The notes beneath the pieces were generated by a model that did no database searches, had not been told where the DNA came from, and worked only from the letters and a program-made list of their open reading frames with translations. A stretch of 59,562 nucleotides of DNA, filler included. It is 4 parts of 4 records of this genome, joined end to end, with 100 filler letters (N's around TTAATTAATTAA, not from the genome) between each part and the next. Parts side by side here need not be neighbours in the genome. Positions count along the whole stretch, not along the records: positions 24,841 to 39,746 come from SRR31156797_7105; positions 39,847 to 45,117 come from SRR31156797_7128; positions 45,218 to 59,562 come from SRR31156797_7131; 1 more part is not named here. The stretch is one strand, 5' to 3'. Shown piece after piece: positions 39,734 through 49,809 of this stretch (the stretch's first letter is position 1; the number at the start of each line of letters is the position of its first letter). Made by a program: the position numbers and the translations under genes.

Positions 39734-39746
39734 AGACCTTCGGTCG

Positions 39747-39846
39747 NNNNNNNNNNNNNNNNNNNNNNNNNNNNNNNNNNNNNNNNNNNNTTAATTAATT
39801 AANNNNNNNNNNNNNNNNNNNNNNNNNNNNNNNNNNNNNNNNNNNN
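39747..39846. other. Artificial contig spacer
   Basis: N44-TTAATTAATTAA-N44. Confidence 0.98.
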
Positions 39847-40009
39847 CCAACCTACGCAGCATGGCCGACGAGCGGCTAGGCGCCCTTCTTCGATTCTTGT
39901 GATGGTGATTGCCATTATTTAATAAAAAACTACAGGTCGTTTTCGTCCGACGGTTGGTTCAAATTATCCCGGTTCAATCTCCGGTAAAAACTTTTATGAG
40001 AATTATTAC

Positions 40010-40525
40010 ATGAAAAATCTGCACGTCATATGGTCCCACGGCAAGGAATCCGGACCGTGGGGAACGAAAATATCCGAAATGGTCAAAGTTTCCAGGGATA
40101 TGGGATTTGAAACCGAATCCCTTGATTATCGGGGCATGGAAGATCCTGACGAACGGGTCGCCAAACTGGTCGCCCACGCCGAAAACTTAAATAAACCGTT
40201 GGTTCTTGCCGGTTCAAGCATGGGCGGGTACGTAGCCGCGGCCGCGGCCGGTAAATTAAAAGCCTTGGGGTTGTTTCTTCTCGCCCCGGCTGTGGGCGTT
40301 CCCGGGTTCGGTTCAACAATCGAACTGCCTCAAAACTGTAAAACAGCCATCGTTCACGGATGGAGGGATGATATAATACCCGTTGAATTCAGCATAACTT
40401 TTGCCGCCGATAATCTGGCGGCCCTGCATATACTGGATGGGGATCATCGTTTAAAGGAAAATATCCCGGAATTGAAAATCCTCCTTTCATCATTCCTGAA
40501 CACATTGGTTTCCAACATTCATTAA
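40010..40525 (+). CDS. Small alpha/beta hydrolase (YqiA/UPF0227-like esterase)
   Basis: SHGKESGPWGTKI, nucleophile GSSMGG, HGWRDDII, GDHRL. Confidence 0.85.
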   Translation: MKNLHVIWSHGKESGPWGTKISEMVKVSRDMGFETESLDYRGMEDPDERVAKLVAHAENLNKPLVLAGSSMGGYVAAAAAGKLKALGLFLLAPAVGVPGFGSTIELPQNCKTAIVHGWRDDIIPVEFSITFAADNLAALHILDGDHRLKENIPELKILLSSFLNTLVSNIH

Positions 40526-40538
40526 CAGGAGCTCATCA

Positions 40539-41495
40539 ATGAAAATAGCCGTGACAAGAAAGTTGCCCGGGCCCGCCATGGAAAGGCTTAAGCAGGCAGG
40601 CGACACATGGGTCTGGCCCCATGACCGGGATATGACCAGGGAAGAAATAATATCAAACTGCTCGGACGCCGACATACTGGTTGCCATGTTGGCCGTTAAA
40701 ATTGATGAAGATCTGATGGAAAAACTGCCTAATCTTAAAATGGCCGCCAATTACGCTGTCGGGTACAACAATATCGATGTAAAAGCAGCCCATAAAAGAG
40801 GCATTGTCATTACCAATACTCCAGGAGTGCTAACAGCCGCTACCGCCGACCTGGCCATGGCCCTGCTTTTGGCCGCGGCCCGCAGACTCGTCGAAGGAGA
40901 CCGATTAGTCAGAAGAGAAGGCTTTAAAGGCTGGTCTCCGGATTTTCATTTAGGCTTTGACATACAGGGAAAAACCCTGGGCATATACGGGCTCGGCGAC
41001 ATCGGGGCCGCGGTCGCCCGTCGGGCGGCGCCCTTTGGGCTCAAAATAATCTACCACAACAGGCGCCCCAAACCCGACCTGGAAAAAGAAATTGGCGCCG
41101 CTTATGTTGAGTTTAATGACCTCGTATCCCAATCCGACTTTTTATCCATAAATGTTCCCCTGACTGATGAAACTTATCACCGTTTTACCGCCGATGAATT
41201 CGCCCGGATGAAAGACACGGCCATACTTATCAACACGGGCAGGGGTCCGATTGTTAAAGAATCGGACCTGGCCGAGGCTCTCAAGAGAGGAGACATCGCC
41301 GGCGCCGCACTCGATGTTTACGAATTCGAACCCAAAATCGAAGCCGGACTTTACAACCTGGAAAACGTAATCCTGTGCCCCCATTTGGGCAGCGCCACCA
41401 AGGAAGTCCGCGCCGGAATGGCCCGCCTCGTGGCCGACAATGTTGAAGCCTTTGTCAGGGGACAGACTCCGCCTTACCTGGTTATAGAAGGCTGA
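40539..41495 (+). CDS. D-isomer-specific 2-hydroxyacid dehydrogenase (glyoxylate reductase/D-glycerate dehydrogenase)
   Basis: AVGYNNID, TNTPGVLT, GLGDIG, INTGRG, LDVYEFEP, PHLGSAT. Confidence 0.9.
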   Translation: MKIAVTRKLPGPAMERLKQAGDTWVWPHDRDMTREEIISNCSDADILVAMLAVKIDEDLMEKLPNLKMAANYAVGYNNIDVKAAHKRGIVITNTPGVLTAATADLAMALLLAAARRLVEGDRLVRREGFKGWSPDFHLGFDIQGKTLGIYGLGDIGAAVARRAAPFGLKIIYHNRRPKPDLEKEIGAAYVEFNDLVSQSDFLSINVPLTDETYHRFTADEFARMKDTAILINTGRGPIVKESDLAEALKRGDIAGAALDVYEFEPKIEAGLYNLENVILCPHLGSATKEVRAGMARLVADNVEAFVRGQTPPYLVIEG

Positions 41496-41520
41496 AGTGA
41501 ACAATTTTTCGGGGAAATAA

Positions 41521-42684
41521 ATGTCCCAAACGCTTAAAACAGGTATTGCCAGACAAGCTGTTGAATCTACATCCGACATGTTTTTTCACCTTGACGAACG
41601 CGGGCGCATTCTATTCGTAAATAATGCGGTTGTAAAAAAACTGGGTTATACGGTTAAGGAATTGATCGGCGCGAACCTGGAAGACCTGGCGCCCGACATC
41701 GGTAAAGCTTACGCCCCCGGGACAAAACGCCCGATAAAGCGCTCCGCTCACGAAATAGTGATATTTAATAAAGACGGGAGCAGACTGCCTTCCGAGGCCG
41801 TATTCGTCGATATCGGCGACCGTAACGAAAAAACAACCGGCGTTTTTATCAGGGATATAACCCTGCGTAAAACTGAAAAGACAGCCCTGTGGGAAGGACA
41901 CGCCAGGTTTGCCAGCGCCTTCCAGGATGTGGCCATAGGAGTCATTGTCTTCAGCACTGACGGCCGCTTCCTGGAAGTCAATCCCTACGCCTGTAAAGTG
42001 CTCGGGTACAGTGAGCGTGAATTGTTATCCAAAACATTCAACGACTTGACCCATCCGGACGACAGGGAAATAAGCATGAGGACCGATCAGGAGATTATCG
42101 ACGGAGTTATTCCCGCCGGAAGGGTTGAAAAAAGATATTTTACCAAAAACAAAAGTGAAATATGGGTAATATCCAGCAGCGTCCTGGTCCGGGATGAAAA
42201 AGGCGTTCCCATGTATTTCATATCCCACATCCAGGACATCACCGAAAGAAAAAAAGCGGAAGAAAATCTTAGGGAAGTCAATACGGCCCTGAAAGTGCTA
42301 TTGGATCACAGAGAACAGGAAAAAAGACAGCAAGCCCGGGACATGCTCGCCAACCTTGATAAACTGGCCATGCCATACCTGGACAGACTGCTCGACAGCC
42401 GCATGACTGAAGAACAAAAAGCGCTTCTTGAAATCATTAAGACAAATCTTACCGAAGTCGCCGCCCCCTTTGCCGAAAGATTGTCCAGTATACAAACCAG
42501 GTTGACGCCCGCCGAACTGGAAGTGGCCGACATGTTACGACACGGCAAAACAACTGATGAAATAGCCTCGATCCTGAATGTCAGCCCTTCGGCTATATCG
42601 TTTCATAGAAAAAGAATCAGAAAAAAACTGGGCCTGACCAACAAAAAGGTTAACCTGAAATCATACTTGCAAACTCAATTCTGA
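41521..42684 (+). CDS. PAS-PAS-LuxR-type HTH transcriptional regulator
   Basis: Two PAS/PAC domains ending RDIT and QDITERK; C-terminal LTPAELEVA...G.TT.EIA..L.VS...FHRKRIRKKLG. Confidence 0.9.
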   Translation: MSQTLKTGIARQAVESTSDMFFHLDERGRILFVNNAVVKKLGYTVKELIGANLEDLAPDIGKAYAPGTKRPIKRSAHEIVIFNKDGSRLPSEAVFVDIGDRNEKTTGVFIRDITLRKTEKTALWEGHARFASAFQDVAIGVIVFSTDGRFLEVNPYACKVLGYSERELLSKTFNDLTHPDDREISMRTDQEIIDGVIPAGRVEKRYFTKNKSEIWVISSSVLVRDEKGVPMYFISHIQDITERKKAEENLREVNTALKVLLDHREQEKRQQARDMLANLDKLAMPYLDRLLDSRMTEEQKALLEIIKTNLTEVAAPFAERLSSIQTRLTPAELEVADMLRHGKTTDEIASILNVSPSAISFHRKRIRKKLGLTNKKVNLKSYLQTQF

Positions 42685-42715
42685 TCATTTTTCTTCTTAT
42701 CGACCTCCAGTAAAC

Positions 42716-42734
42716 TGGTAGTACACCACTACCA
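42716..42734. promoter_or_regulatory. Candidate LuxR/NarL-type operator (7-5-7 inverted repeat)
   Basis: TGGTAGT-ACACC-ACTACCA between the regulator and the dehydrogenase gene. Confidence 0.45.
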
Positions 42735-42956
42735 ATTATCCATCATTCATATACCAACATTCTCAACAAACCCTGTGGTATCTTTTATATCAGACGGCGG
42801 AAATATCGGTCCTTTTCAATTATTATTCCCACGCACTCCATCATGAGGGCGGCTGATCCGGACCAACCGACAAGGACCTAAAAAATAAAACAGAAATGCG
42901 CCGGATGCGACTTTCCGGCATCAATTTAAAAAACTATTTATTTTAAGGAGAACACC

Positions 42957-45117
42957 ATGAAAACGCACGCCAGAGTAGTAGTCATTGGTGGAGGCATCAA
43001 CGGATGCAGCGTCCTTTATCACCTGTCCAAACTTGGTTGGGACGACATTGTCCTGGTCGAAAAGAGCGAACTCACTTCGGGATCGACCTGGCTGGCCGCC
43101 GGAAACGTCGTTCAATGGAACGGCAGCCGCACCGGCGCTCGTCTGCATCAGTACAGTATAGAACTATACCAAAAGCTGGAAGAAGAAACCGGGCAGAACA
43201 CGGGCTGGCACACTACCGGCAGCCTTCGTTTGGCCACCACAAAAGACCGTATGGATGAATACAAGCACATTCTGTCCAAGGACCACGAATTAGGACTTGA
43301 ATGTTACATGGTCAGCCCGGAAGAAGCTAAGAAACTGTTTCCGCTGATGCACACTGAAGGCCTTATCGGGGCCATGCACCACGTGGTTGACGGCCACTGC
43401 GACCCCGCGGGCACGACCCAGGCTCTGGCTATCGGCGCCCGCCAGGGCGGAGCTGAAATATACCGTTTCAACAGGGTGACGGACATTAGCAGAAAACCCA
43501 ACGGCGAATGGATTGTTCACACTGAGAAAGGCGACATCACCTGCGAAATCATCGTTAATGCCGCCGGACTCTGGGCGGACCGCATTTCCGCCATGGTCGG
43601 CGTTTACCTGCCCATTATCCCCATGGAGCACCATCACCTCCTGTTCGAAGATATTCCCGAAGTCGCGGAATTCGATGAACTGATTTCCGTTCGCGACCCT
43701 GACGTTCCCTTCTACCTGCGCAAGGAAATGGGCAGCCTTCTGGTCGGCCCGTACGAAGCAAAATGTAAATCCTGGAAAGCCCACAATGTTCCCTGGGATT
43801 GGGGACAGGCCGACCTGCCCACCGATCTTGAAAGGATCCAGGATTACATCCTCGCCTTGATGGACAGGGTGCCGATCCTTCAGGAAGTTGGCATGAAACA
43901 TCTGCAAAACGGCCCGATCACTTATACTCCGGACAGCAACCAGCTCCTCGGACCTGTTTACGGCGTGCCAAACTTCTACAGCATGGCCGGCTGCAATTTC
44001 GGCATCACCCAGGCCGGCGGCGTCGGCAAATACCTGGCCGAATGGATCGTTGAAGGCGAACCCAGCATCGATATGTGGTCTCTGGACCCGAGGCGTTTCG
44101 GCAACTGGACCAGCAAAAAATACACCCTGGATAAAGTTCACGAAGCCTATCGACTCCAGTATGAACTCCAAACGCCCGACCTGGAGCGCAAGGAAGGCCG
44201 TCCGGTCAGAACCGTACCTATCTATGACATGCAGAAAGAACAGGGTGCGGTTTTCGGAAGCCGTTTCGGCTGGGAAAGAACGACCTGGTTCGCCCCCGAA
44301 GGCGTGGAACCCGTCGATCACTACTCCTTCCGCAGAGAGACGAATTACTTTAAATATGTCGGCGAAGAATGTCTTGCCGTTCGGGATAATGTGGGCGTGT
44401 ATGAGCTTTCCAGCTTTGCCAAGTTCATGATTTCCGGCCCGGGCGCCGAAACCTACCTTGACCACCTGACTACAGGCCGTCTGCCTAAACCGGGCAGGGC
44501 GTCTCTTAACCTGATGGTCACGCCCAAGGGCTTTATTGACGACGACATGACCATTTCCCGCATTGCTGAAGACAAGTTCTACCTGGTCACCGCGGCCGCT
44601 TCAGAACTCAGCATGGCCCAGCACCTGGAAGCGCACCTTCCGGAAGACGGCTCCGTCTGTCTGGAAAATGTGACTGCGCAGTACGGCGTTCTGGCCGTAG
44701 TCGGCCCCAACGCCCGCAACGTCCTCAAAAAAATAACCGAAACCGATCTATCCAATGAAGCTTTTCCTTATCTTTCCGTCAAGGACGTTCATATAGGCAT
44801 GGCCCCGGCCAGGGCCATCCGCATGAACTTTGTCGGAGAACTCGGCTGGGAACTCCATCACCCCATGGAACACCAGAGGTCGATCTACAAGCAGATTATA
44901 GAAGCCGGAAAGGAATTCGGAATCAGAAACATAGGCATGAGAGCCGTTCTTAATTCCCTGCGCGTTGAAAAAGGCTACCTCCTGGCGCCTGATATGTGCG
45001 GAGAAGAAACGCCGCTCCAGGCCGGCCTGGACTTTTTCGTGAAATTCGACAAGGGCGACTTTATTGGCCGCGAAGCCCTGTTGCGTCAGAAAGAAGAGGG
45101 CCTGCCTTCAAAACTGG
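42957..45117 (+). CDS. FAD-dependent oxidoreductase, GcvT family (dimethylglycine/sarcosine dehydrogenase-like), 3' truncated by contig end
   Basis: VVVIGGGING, LTSGSTWLAAG, GPITYTPD, GWER, GcvT-type NFVGELGWELH, SLRVEKGY; AAGGAG RBS. Confidence 0.9.
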
Positions 45118-45217
45118 NNNNNNNNNNNNNNNNNNNNNNNNNNNNNNNNNNNNNNNNNNNNTTAATTAATTAANNNNNNNNNNNNNNNNNNNNNNNNNNN
45201 NNNNNNNNNNNNNNNNN
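45118..45217. other. Artificial contig spacer
   Basis: N44-TTAATTAATTAA-N44. Confidence 0.98.
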
Positions 45218-45940
45218 ATGATCTTTAATAATTTTTGTGAGAAATTCAACTGAGTCCGTGTACCTGTCAATAAAATGAGTGTTGAAGAGAGTAAGGTTAA
45301 AATACGAACTTAAATGATCTCTAAGTGAAATGCAGTCAGCACATTTTATAAGGGTAGAGTTTGGAGTGCTGTCAGAATAAAAAGGCATGCTGCCAACAAG
45401 CTTCTCGCCATTTTCAAATGGAATGTCGCTCATTGAAAAAACAGTGAAGTTTATATTAGAAAAGATCTTTGCAAGCTTCCCACCTTTTATCAAAGATCTT
45501 TCTATTCTATCTCTGTTGATCTCAAGGATGTTCTTTCCACTTAATAGGTTAAGATCATTCAAATTGATCGCACTTTTAGGGTCAGAACTTTTTTCGATCA
45601 AAGCTGACGCTCCGCCACTGATAAGAACAATGATATTGTAAACCTTTTGGGAATTAATGAACTTTATCAGCTTGTCTCCAGCTTGAAAACTTAGTTTTGA
45701 TATCTTTGGATGAGATGAAAAAATTATGTCTTCAAGACCAAAGCTGTATGATTGCTCTGGAAGAATAATTATCTTTGGCTGATCTAGATATTCGGGATGT
45801 TTTTCTACAAACTTTTTATACATGAACGCGGCGGATTTCCCAATAGAAATAATCGCTATTTCTTTATTTGAGCTGATCGGTTTTTCAAATTCAAAATTGA
45901 GATCTATTGATCTTAGCAGTTCAACATAATTTTTCATCAT
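45218..45940 (-). CDS. Glycerate kinase type 2 (DUF4147/MOFRL family), truncated by contig end
   Basis: SIGKSA, SHP, LISGGASAL, IKGGKLA, MSDIP. Confidence 0.75.
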
Positions 45941-47955
45941 GTTTCATTTATTGCGTCTACATCAAAGGTGAGGGCGATCGAAGAAGGCTTGGAAATAGAA
46001 AGAAGTAGTTCGTTCATGTATTTATTAGAAGAGGCTGTTTTTGGTGAAATAATTGTAATGTTTTTCCTGATCCTACTTTTAATTCTCGAAAGAGGAGGCT
46101 CTTCCGGCGGAAAAACTTTGATGCTGTCAATATTTGAAACCGTATTACAAATGGTATCGTAGATCCTTTTAGCTGTGTCAGTTACCTTTTTCTCATCTTT
46201 CCCGGAGATCCTAAGGATCGTCATTTTTGTAAATGGGGGAAGTTCAAGTCTTTCACGCCACGATAGTTCTTCACGAATAAAGCTTGGGTAATCATGGTCT
46301 TTCAAGTATTTCCAGATGTAATGATCCGGATATAGTGCTTCAGCCCAGATCTCTCCCTGCACATTAAATCTTCCTGCCCTTCCTGCTACCTGAGTTATTG
46401 TCTGAAAACATTTCTCAGCGGCTCTGGTTTCTTTAAAACTAAGGAGATAATCGGCGTATTTGATAATAACGTTTTTGAGATTCGGAAAGTTATGGCCTTT
46501 TGCAACCATTACAGTTCCGGTAATAATGCTATATTTGTTTTCTAAGATCTCTTTTACAGCTTTATCGAACAGGCGGACGTTCTTTAAAGAATCTTTGTCA
46601 AATGAGATTATATTGGAATCAGGAAAGAAGTCTTCAAGGGTCTCAACTAGTTTTTCAATGCCGATCCCTTCAAAATTAAGCTTTTTATGTCCGCACTCGG
46701 AGCAGGAAAAATCTTTTTTACTGAAATTACAATGATGACAAAGTAATCTGCCGGATTTTTTATGATAAACTAGAGCCGTATTACAGCTTGGGCATTTTTG
46801 AGTCGTTTCACATTCAGGGCAGATAGCAAAAGTAGCAAAACCTCTGCGATTTAAGAAAAAGAGAGATTGTTCCTTATTTTCAATAGTATCAGCAATTTTA
46901 TTTACAAGATCTGAAGGTAGGTATAGATCGCCTTTAAAAGGAAAGCTTTTAATCTCAGGTAAAGGTTTTTTGTTAGCTCTTTGTGTAAGGATCTCAAGAT
47001 CATATTTGCCGATAGAACAGTTGTGCCATGAATCAGATGATGGAGTCGCGCTTCCAAGAATTATTGGGATCTTTAACATTGCAGCTTTCATCGTTGCTGC
47101 GTCTCTTGCATGATAATATGGAGGCTCAAAATTCTTATAACTTCCATCATGTTCTTCATCTACAACTATAAGGCCCAGATCAAAAAAAGGATAGGTTACA
47201 GCTGAGCGGGTCCCGACAATAATATCAGCTTTTTTATTCATAGCGTTATACATGCTGGAAAATCGTTTGTTCTTTGACATAAAACTGTGAAGCACAACGC
47301 CATTTTCGCCTATTCTTTCAATAAGATGTCCAAGAGCTCCAGATGTTAACCCAACTTCAGGCACTAGGTAGAGAACCTGTTTCCCTTGAGCAATTATCTT
47401 TCTGCAAAGAGCTGCAAAGATCTCACTTTTCCCACTACCGGTAATCCCGTAAACAAGTGTCGGTTTAATATTGCCCTGCTTCCATTTTTCTTCAATTGAA
47501 TCAACAACTTTTTGCTGATCATTATTGAGTTTAGCTGTTATCGACTGTTCGCACTTACAAAGTGATTTTAAATGTGAATCAGGATCACTTTTTCCAATTA
47601 ATGTGTTTTTGTTGTCGATAAGCGGGGAGAAAAGTTGTTTTACGATCTTTGGAAATGGATAAATATAATAATCTGAGAGCCATTTTAGAAAATCAGTTCT
47701 TTTTTTATCTTTGAATATTGGAGAAGAAAGAATCTTTCCAGCAATGGTCTTAAGTGATGACTCTTTAATGTTTTTAGGAAGATTTGCGCAGAAGTCTTTA
47801 ACAATTCCCCAAGTCTTGGCATTCCTGAGCTCGATCTCAACAACATCTCCAATATTTAGGTCTAGATGCTGTGGAACAGAGTAGATCAGAGGCGAAATAT
47901 CAGGTCTGGGAATAAGGATTAAGGCATGTTTTTTTTTCACAGGTTTTTCAATCAA
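45937..47955 (-). CDS. priA: Primosomal protein N' (replication restart helicase)
   Basis: GITGSGKSE, VDEEHDGSYK, YHARD, GSATPS, FLNRRG, four CxxC pairs, QVAGRAGR. Confidence 0.96.
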   Translation of the reverse strand: MIEKPVKKKHALILIPRPDISPLIYSVPQHLDLNIGDVVEIELRNAKTWGIVKDFCANLPKNIKESSLKTIAGKILSSPIFKDKKRTDFLKWLSDYYIYPFPKIVKQLFSPLIDNKNTLIGKSDPDSHLKSLCKCEQSITAKLNNDQQKVVDSIEEKWKQGNIKPTLVYGITGSGKSEIFAALCRKIIAQGKQVLYLVPEVGLTSGALGHLIERIGENGVVLHSFMSKNKRFSSMYNAMNKKADIIVGTRSAVTYPFFDLGLIVVDEEHDGSYKNFEPPYYHARDAATMKAAMLKIPIILGSATPSSDSWHNCSIGKYDLEILTQRANKKPLPEIKSFPFKGDLYLPSDLVNKIADTIENKEQSLFFLNRRGFATFAICPECETTQKCPSCNTALVYHKKSGRLLCHHCNFSKKDFSCSECGHKKLNFEGIGIEKLVETLEDFFPDSNIISFDKDSLKNVRLFDKAVKEILENKYSIITGTVMVAKGHNFPNLKNVIIKYADYLLSFKETRAAEKCFQTITQVAGRAGRFNVQGEIWAEALYPDHYIWKYLKDHDYPSFIREELSWRERLELPPFTKMTILRISGKDEKKVTDTAKRIYDTICNTVSNIDSIKVFPPEEPPLSRIKSRIRKNITIISPKTASSNKYMNELLLSISKPSSIALTFDVDAINET

Positions 47956-48544
47956 GATAGAATTCTTTTCTATAAAAAGTCCAAGTCTCTATAATTTTAC
48001 CGTCTTCAGAAATATCGATTCTGCCAGGGAAAACCATCGGCTTTACGCTTTTATTGTATTCTTGAAAGTGAAATGTGGTTTTTTTAAGTTTAAGAGTGGC
48101 AGGAAGAAAAGATCTTTTATAAAGAATAAATTCAGGCGCTAAAGCAAATCTTTTGTTTTTTCCAATGCTTATTCCCGCTTCGTTTGTTGACTTGATAACT
48201 GTTAAAGTTTTCTTTTTCACATCAATTCCCGATCTTGAGAGCTCTAGAAGAAGGTTCTTTGAAAAAGATTCAGGTGCTTTCTGTCCATCAAGATCATCCG
48301 AGAAAAAGAAGAATTTCAGAAAGATTGGTGTTTTTTCCTGATCAAAATATGAGCTGCCGCCAACTTGTTTATAGGTGGAGTCTTTTTTATTAAATTCAAG
48401 TGTTATTTTATCACCGGTAGAACTTTTTCCTTCAATTTTAATTGCTTCCTCTGGTGTAAAGATTGCTTTTCCCATATTGAGGATCATCTGGTCAGGCGTA
48501 AGGCTAAAAGTGGAAATTAGTATTAGGCAGAAAATTAGTTTCAA
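47948..48544 (-). CDS. Hypothetical exported protein (possibly LolA-like fold)
   Basis: N-terminal signal-like segment; beta-rich C-terminus (MVFPGRIDI); overlaps both neighbours. Confidence 0.55.
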   Translation of the reverse strand: MKLIFCLILISTFSLTPDQMILNMGKAIFTPEEAIKIEGKSSTGDKITLEFNKKDSTYKQVGGSSYFDQEKTPIFLKFFFFSDDLDGQKAPESFSKNLLLELSRSGIDVKKKTLTVIKSTNEAGISIGKNKRFALAPEFILYKRSFLPATLKLKKTTFHFQEYNKSVKPMVFPGRIDISEDGKIIETWTFYRKEFYLD

Positions 48545-49404
48545 TCTGTATCCTCCAATATGTCGTGTAGGTCAACGTGAATTTCCAGTTTTTTAAGCCC
48601 AAGATAGGCGTTTGCAAGAACAAAGCCTTCACTGTTTCCAGTGTCAAAAACTTTTGAATCGTCATCAATGACAAGTCCGTAGACCTTTTCAGTTTTTAAA
48701 AGCTCTGTCATAGCATCAGTAAGGTCAATTTCACCTTTTTTGCCCGGCTCAGTTTTTTCTAAAAGTGTTTTCATTTTGCTTGTAAAAATATATCTTCCAA
48801 CTATGGCTAAACACGAATCTGTATCTTCATGTGTCGGTTTTTCTATAAGCTTGTTTACGTCAATAATATTTTTTTCGGTTGTGGTTCCCTCAATGATTCC
48901 GTACATATGTTTTCTGCTTTCATGGACTTCCATGAGTGCAATAACTGAAGCTCCGGTTCTTTTGTGGAGTTCCATCATCTTTTTCATGCTTGAAGCACCA
49001 TCTTTTTTAGGGAAAAGAAGCATGTCAGGAAGAAGAACTGAAAAAGAATCGTCACCGGATGTCTGGGCTCCTTTAAGAACAGCATGTCCGAGCCCTTTTG
49101 GGGTTTTTTGACGAACAGAAATCACTTCAACGAGTTCGTTTAGGTTTGCTATTTGATGTTTAGTGTTTTCTGCTAGTTTTTCAATAGGAAACTTTGGATT
49201 TATTGTGTCAAAATGATCAAGAATACAGTCTTTTCCGGGGCTAGTTACAAAAACCAGAGAGTTGCTTCCGGCAGAGACCGCCTCTTCCACAACGTATTGG
49301 ATTGCAGGTTTGTCAACAATAGGAAACATTTCTTTCGGAATGGATTTAGAAGCAGGCAGGAATCTTGTTGCTAGTCCGGCAGCTGGAATGATAGAGATGT
49401 GCAT
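48541..49404 (-). CDS. galU: UTP--glucose-1-phosphate uridylyltransferase
   Basis: IPAAGLATRFLPASKSIPKEMFPIVDKP, RQKTPKGLGHAV, EKP, GEIDLTDA. Confidence 0.93.
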   Translation of the reverse strand: MHISIIPAAGLATRFLPASKSIPKEMFPIVDKPAIQYVVEEAVSAGSNSLVFVTSPGKDCILDHFDTINPKFPIEKLAENTKHQIANLNELVEVISVRQKTPKGLGHAVLKGAQTSGDDSFSVLLPDMLLFPKKDGASSMKKMMELHKRTGASVIALMEVHESRKHMYGIIEGTTTEKNIIDVNKLIEKPTHEDTDSCLAIVGRYIFTSKMKTLLEKTEPGKKGEIDLTDAMTELLKTEKVYGLVIDDDSKVFDTGNSEGFVLANAYLGLKKLEIHVDLHDILEDTD

Positions 49405-49405
49405 G

Positions 49406-49792
49406 TTATCTCCTTTTAAAGAGCTTGTCTCTTTCCTCTCTTTCTTCCTGGGCTTGTTTGCACTCTATGCAAAGTCCGGCAACGGGACGGAGTTTCAGTC
49501 TTTCATAAGGAATATCAATTCCGCATGCATCGCATGTGCCGTAAGATCCATTCTCGATCTTGGTAATTGTCTTCTGTATCTTGTTTATGAGCTTTCTGTC
49601 TCTATCTCTAAGTCTTAGAAGTCGGCTTCTCTGTTCAAGAAATGTGGCTTGATCAGCTTCATCACCGTGGAAAGTATCTGTCTCTCCCGGATGTTCCATT
49701 TCATTTGCTTTTTCTTTGTTTCTTTCTTCCAGACCCTCAAGCTCTTTTTCAAGATCTTCACGAAGCTCTTTGATTTGTTTTTTTGTAAGCAT
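49406..49792 (-). CDS. dksA: RNA polymerase-binding protein DksA/TraR family
   Basis: DEADQA coiled-coil tip (DxxDxA), RLRDRDRKLINKI, C4 zinc finger CDAC...CIEC. Confidence 0.9.
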   Translation of the reverse strand: MLTKKQIKELREDLEKELEGLEERNKEKANEMEHPGETDTFHGDEADQATFLEQRSRLLRLRDRDRKLINKIQKTITKIENGSYGTCDACGIDIPYERLKLRPVAGLCIECKQAQEEREERDKLFKRR

Positions 49793-49809
49793 TTTATTCT
49801 CCTTCCTGA

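Noticed and set aside
42790-42950. Possible glycine riboswitch upstream of the GcvT-family gene
   Set aside because: Conserved GGAGA...CCGAAG...CTCAGG elements not found; only a simple hairpin near 42900-42920.
43290-44465. 391-aa minus-strand ORF
   Set aside because: Antisense shadow of the GcvT-family dehydrogenase, explained by codon bias.
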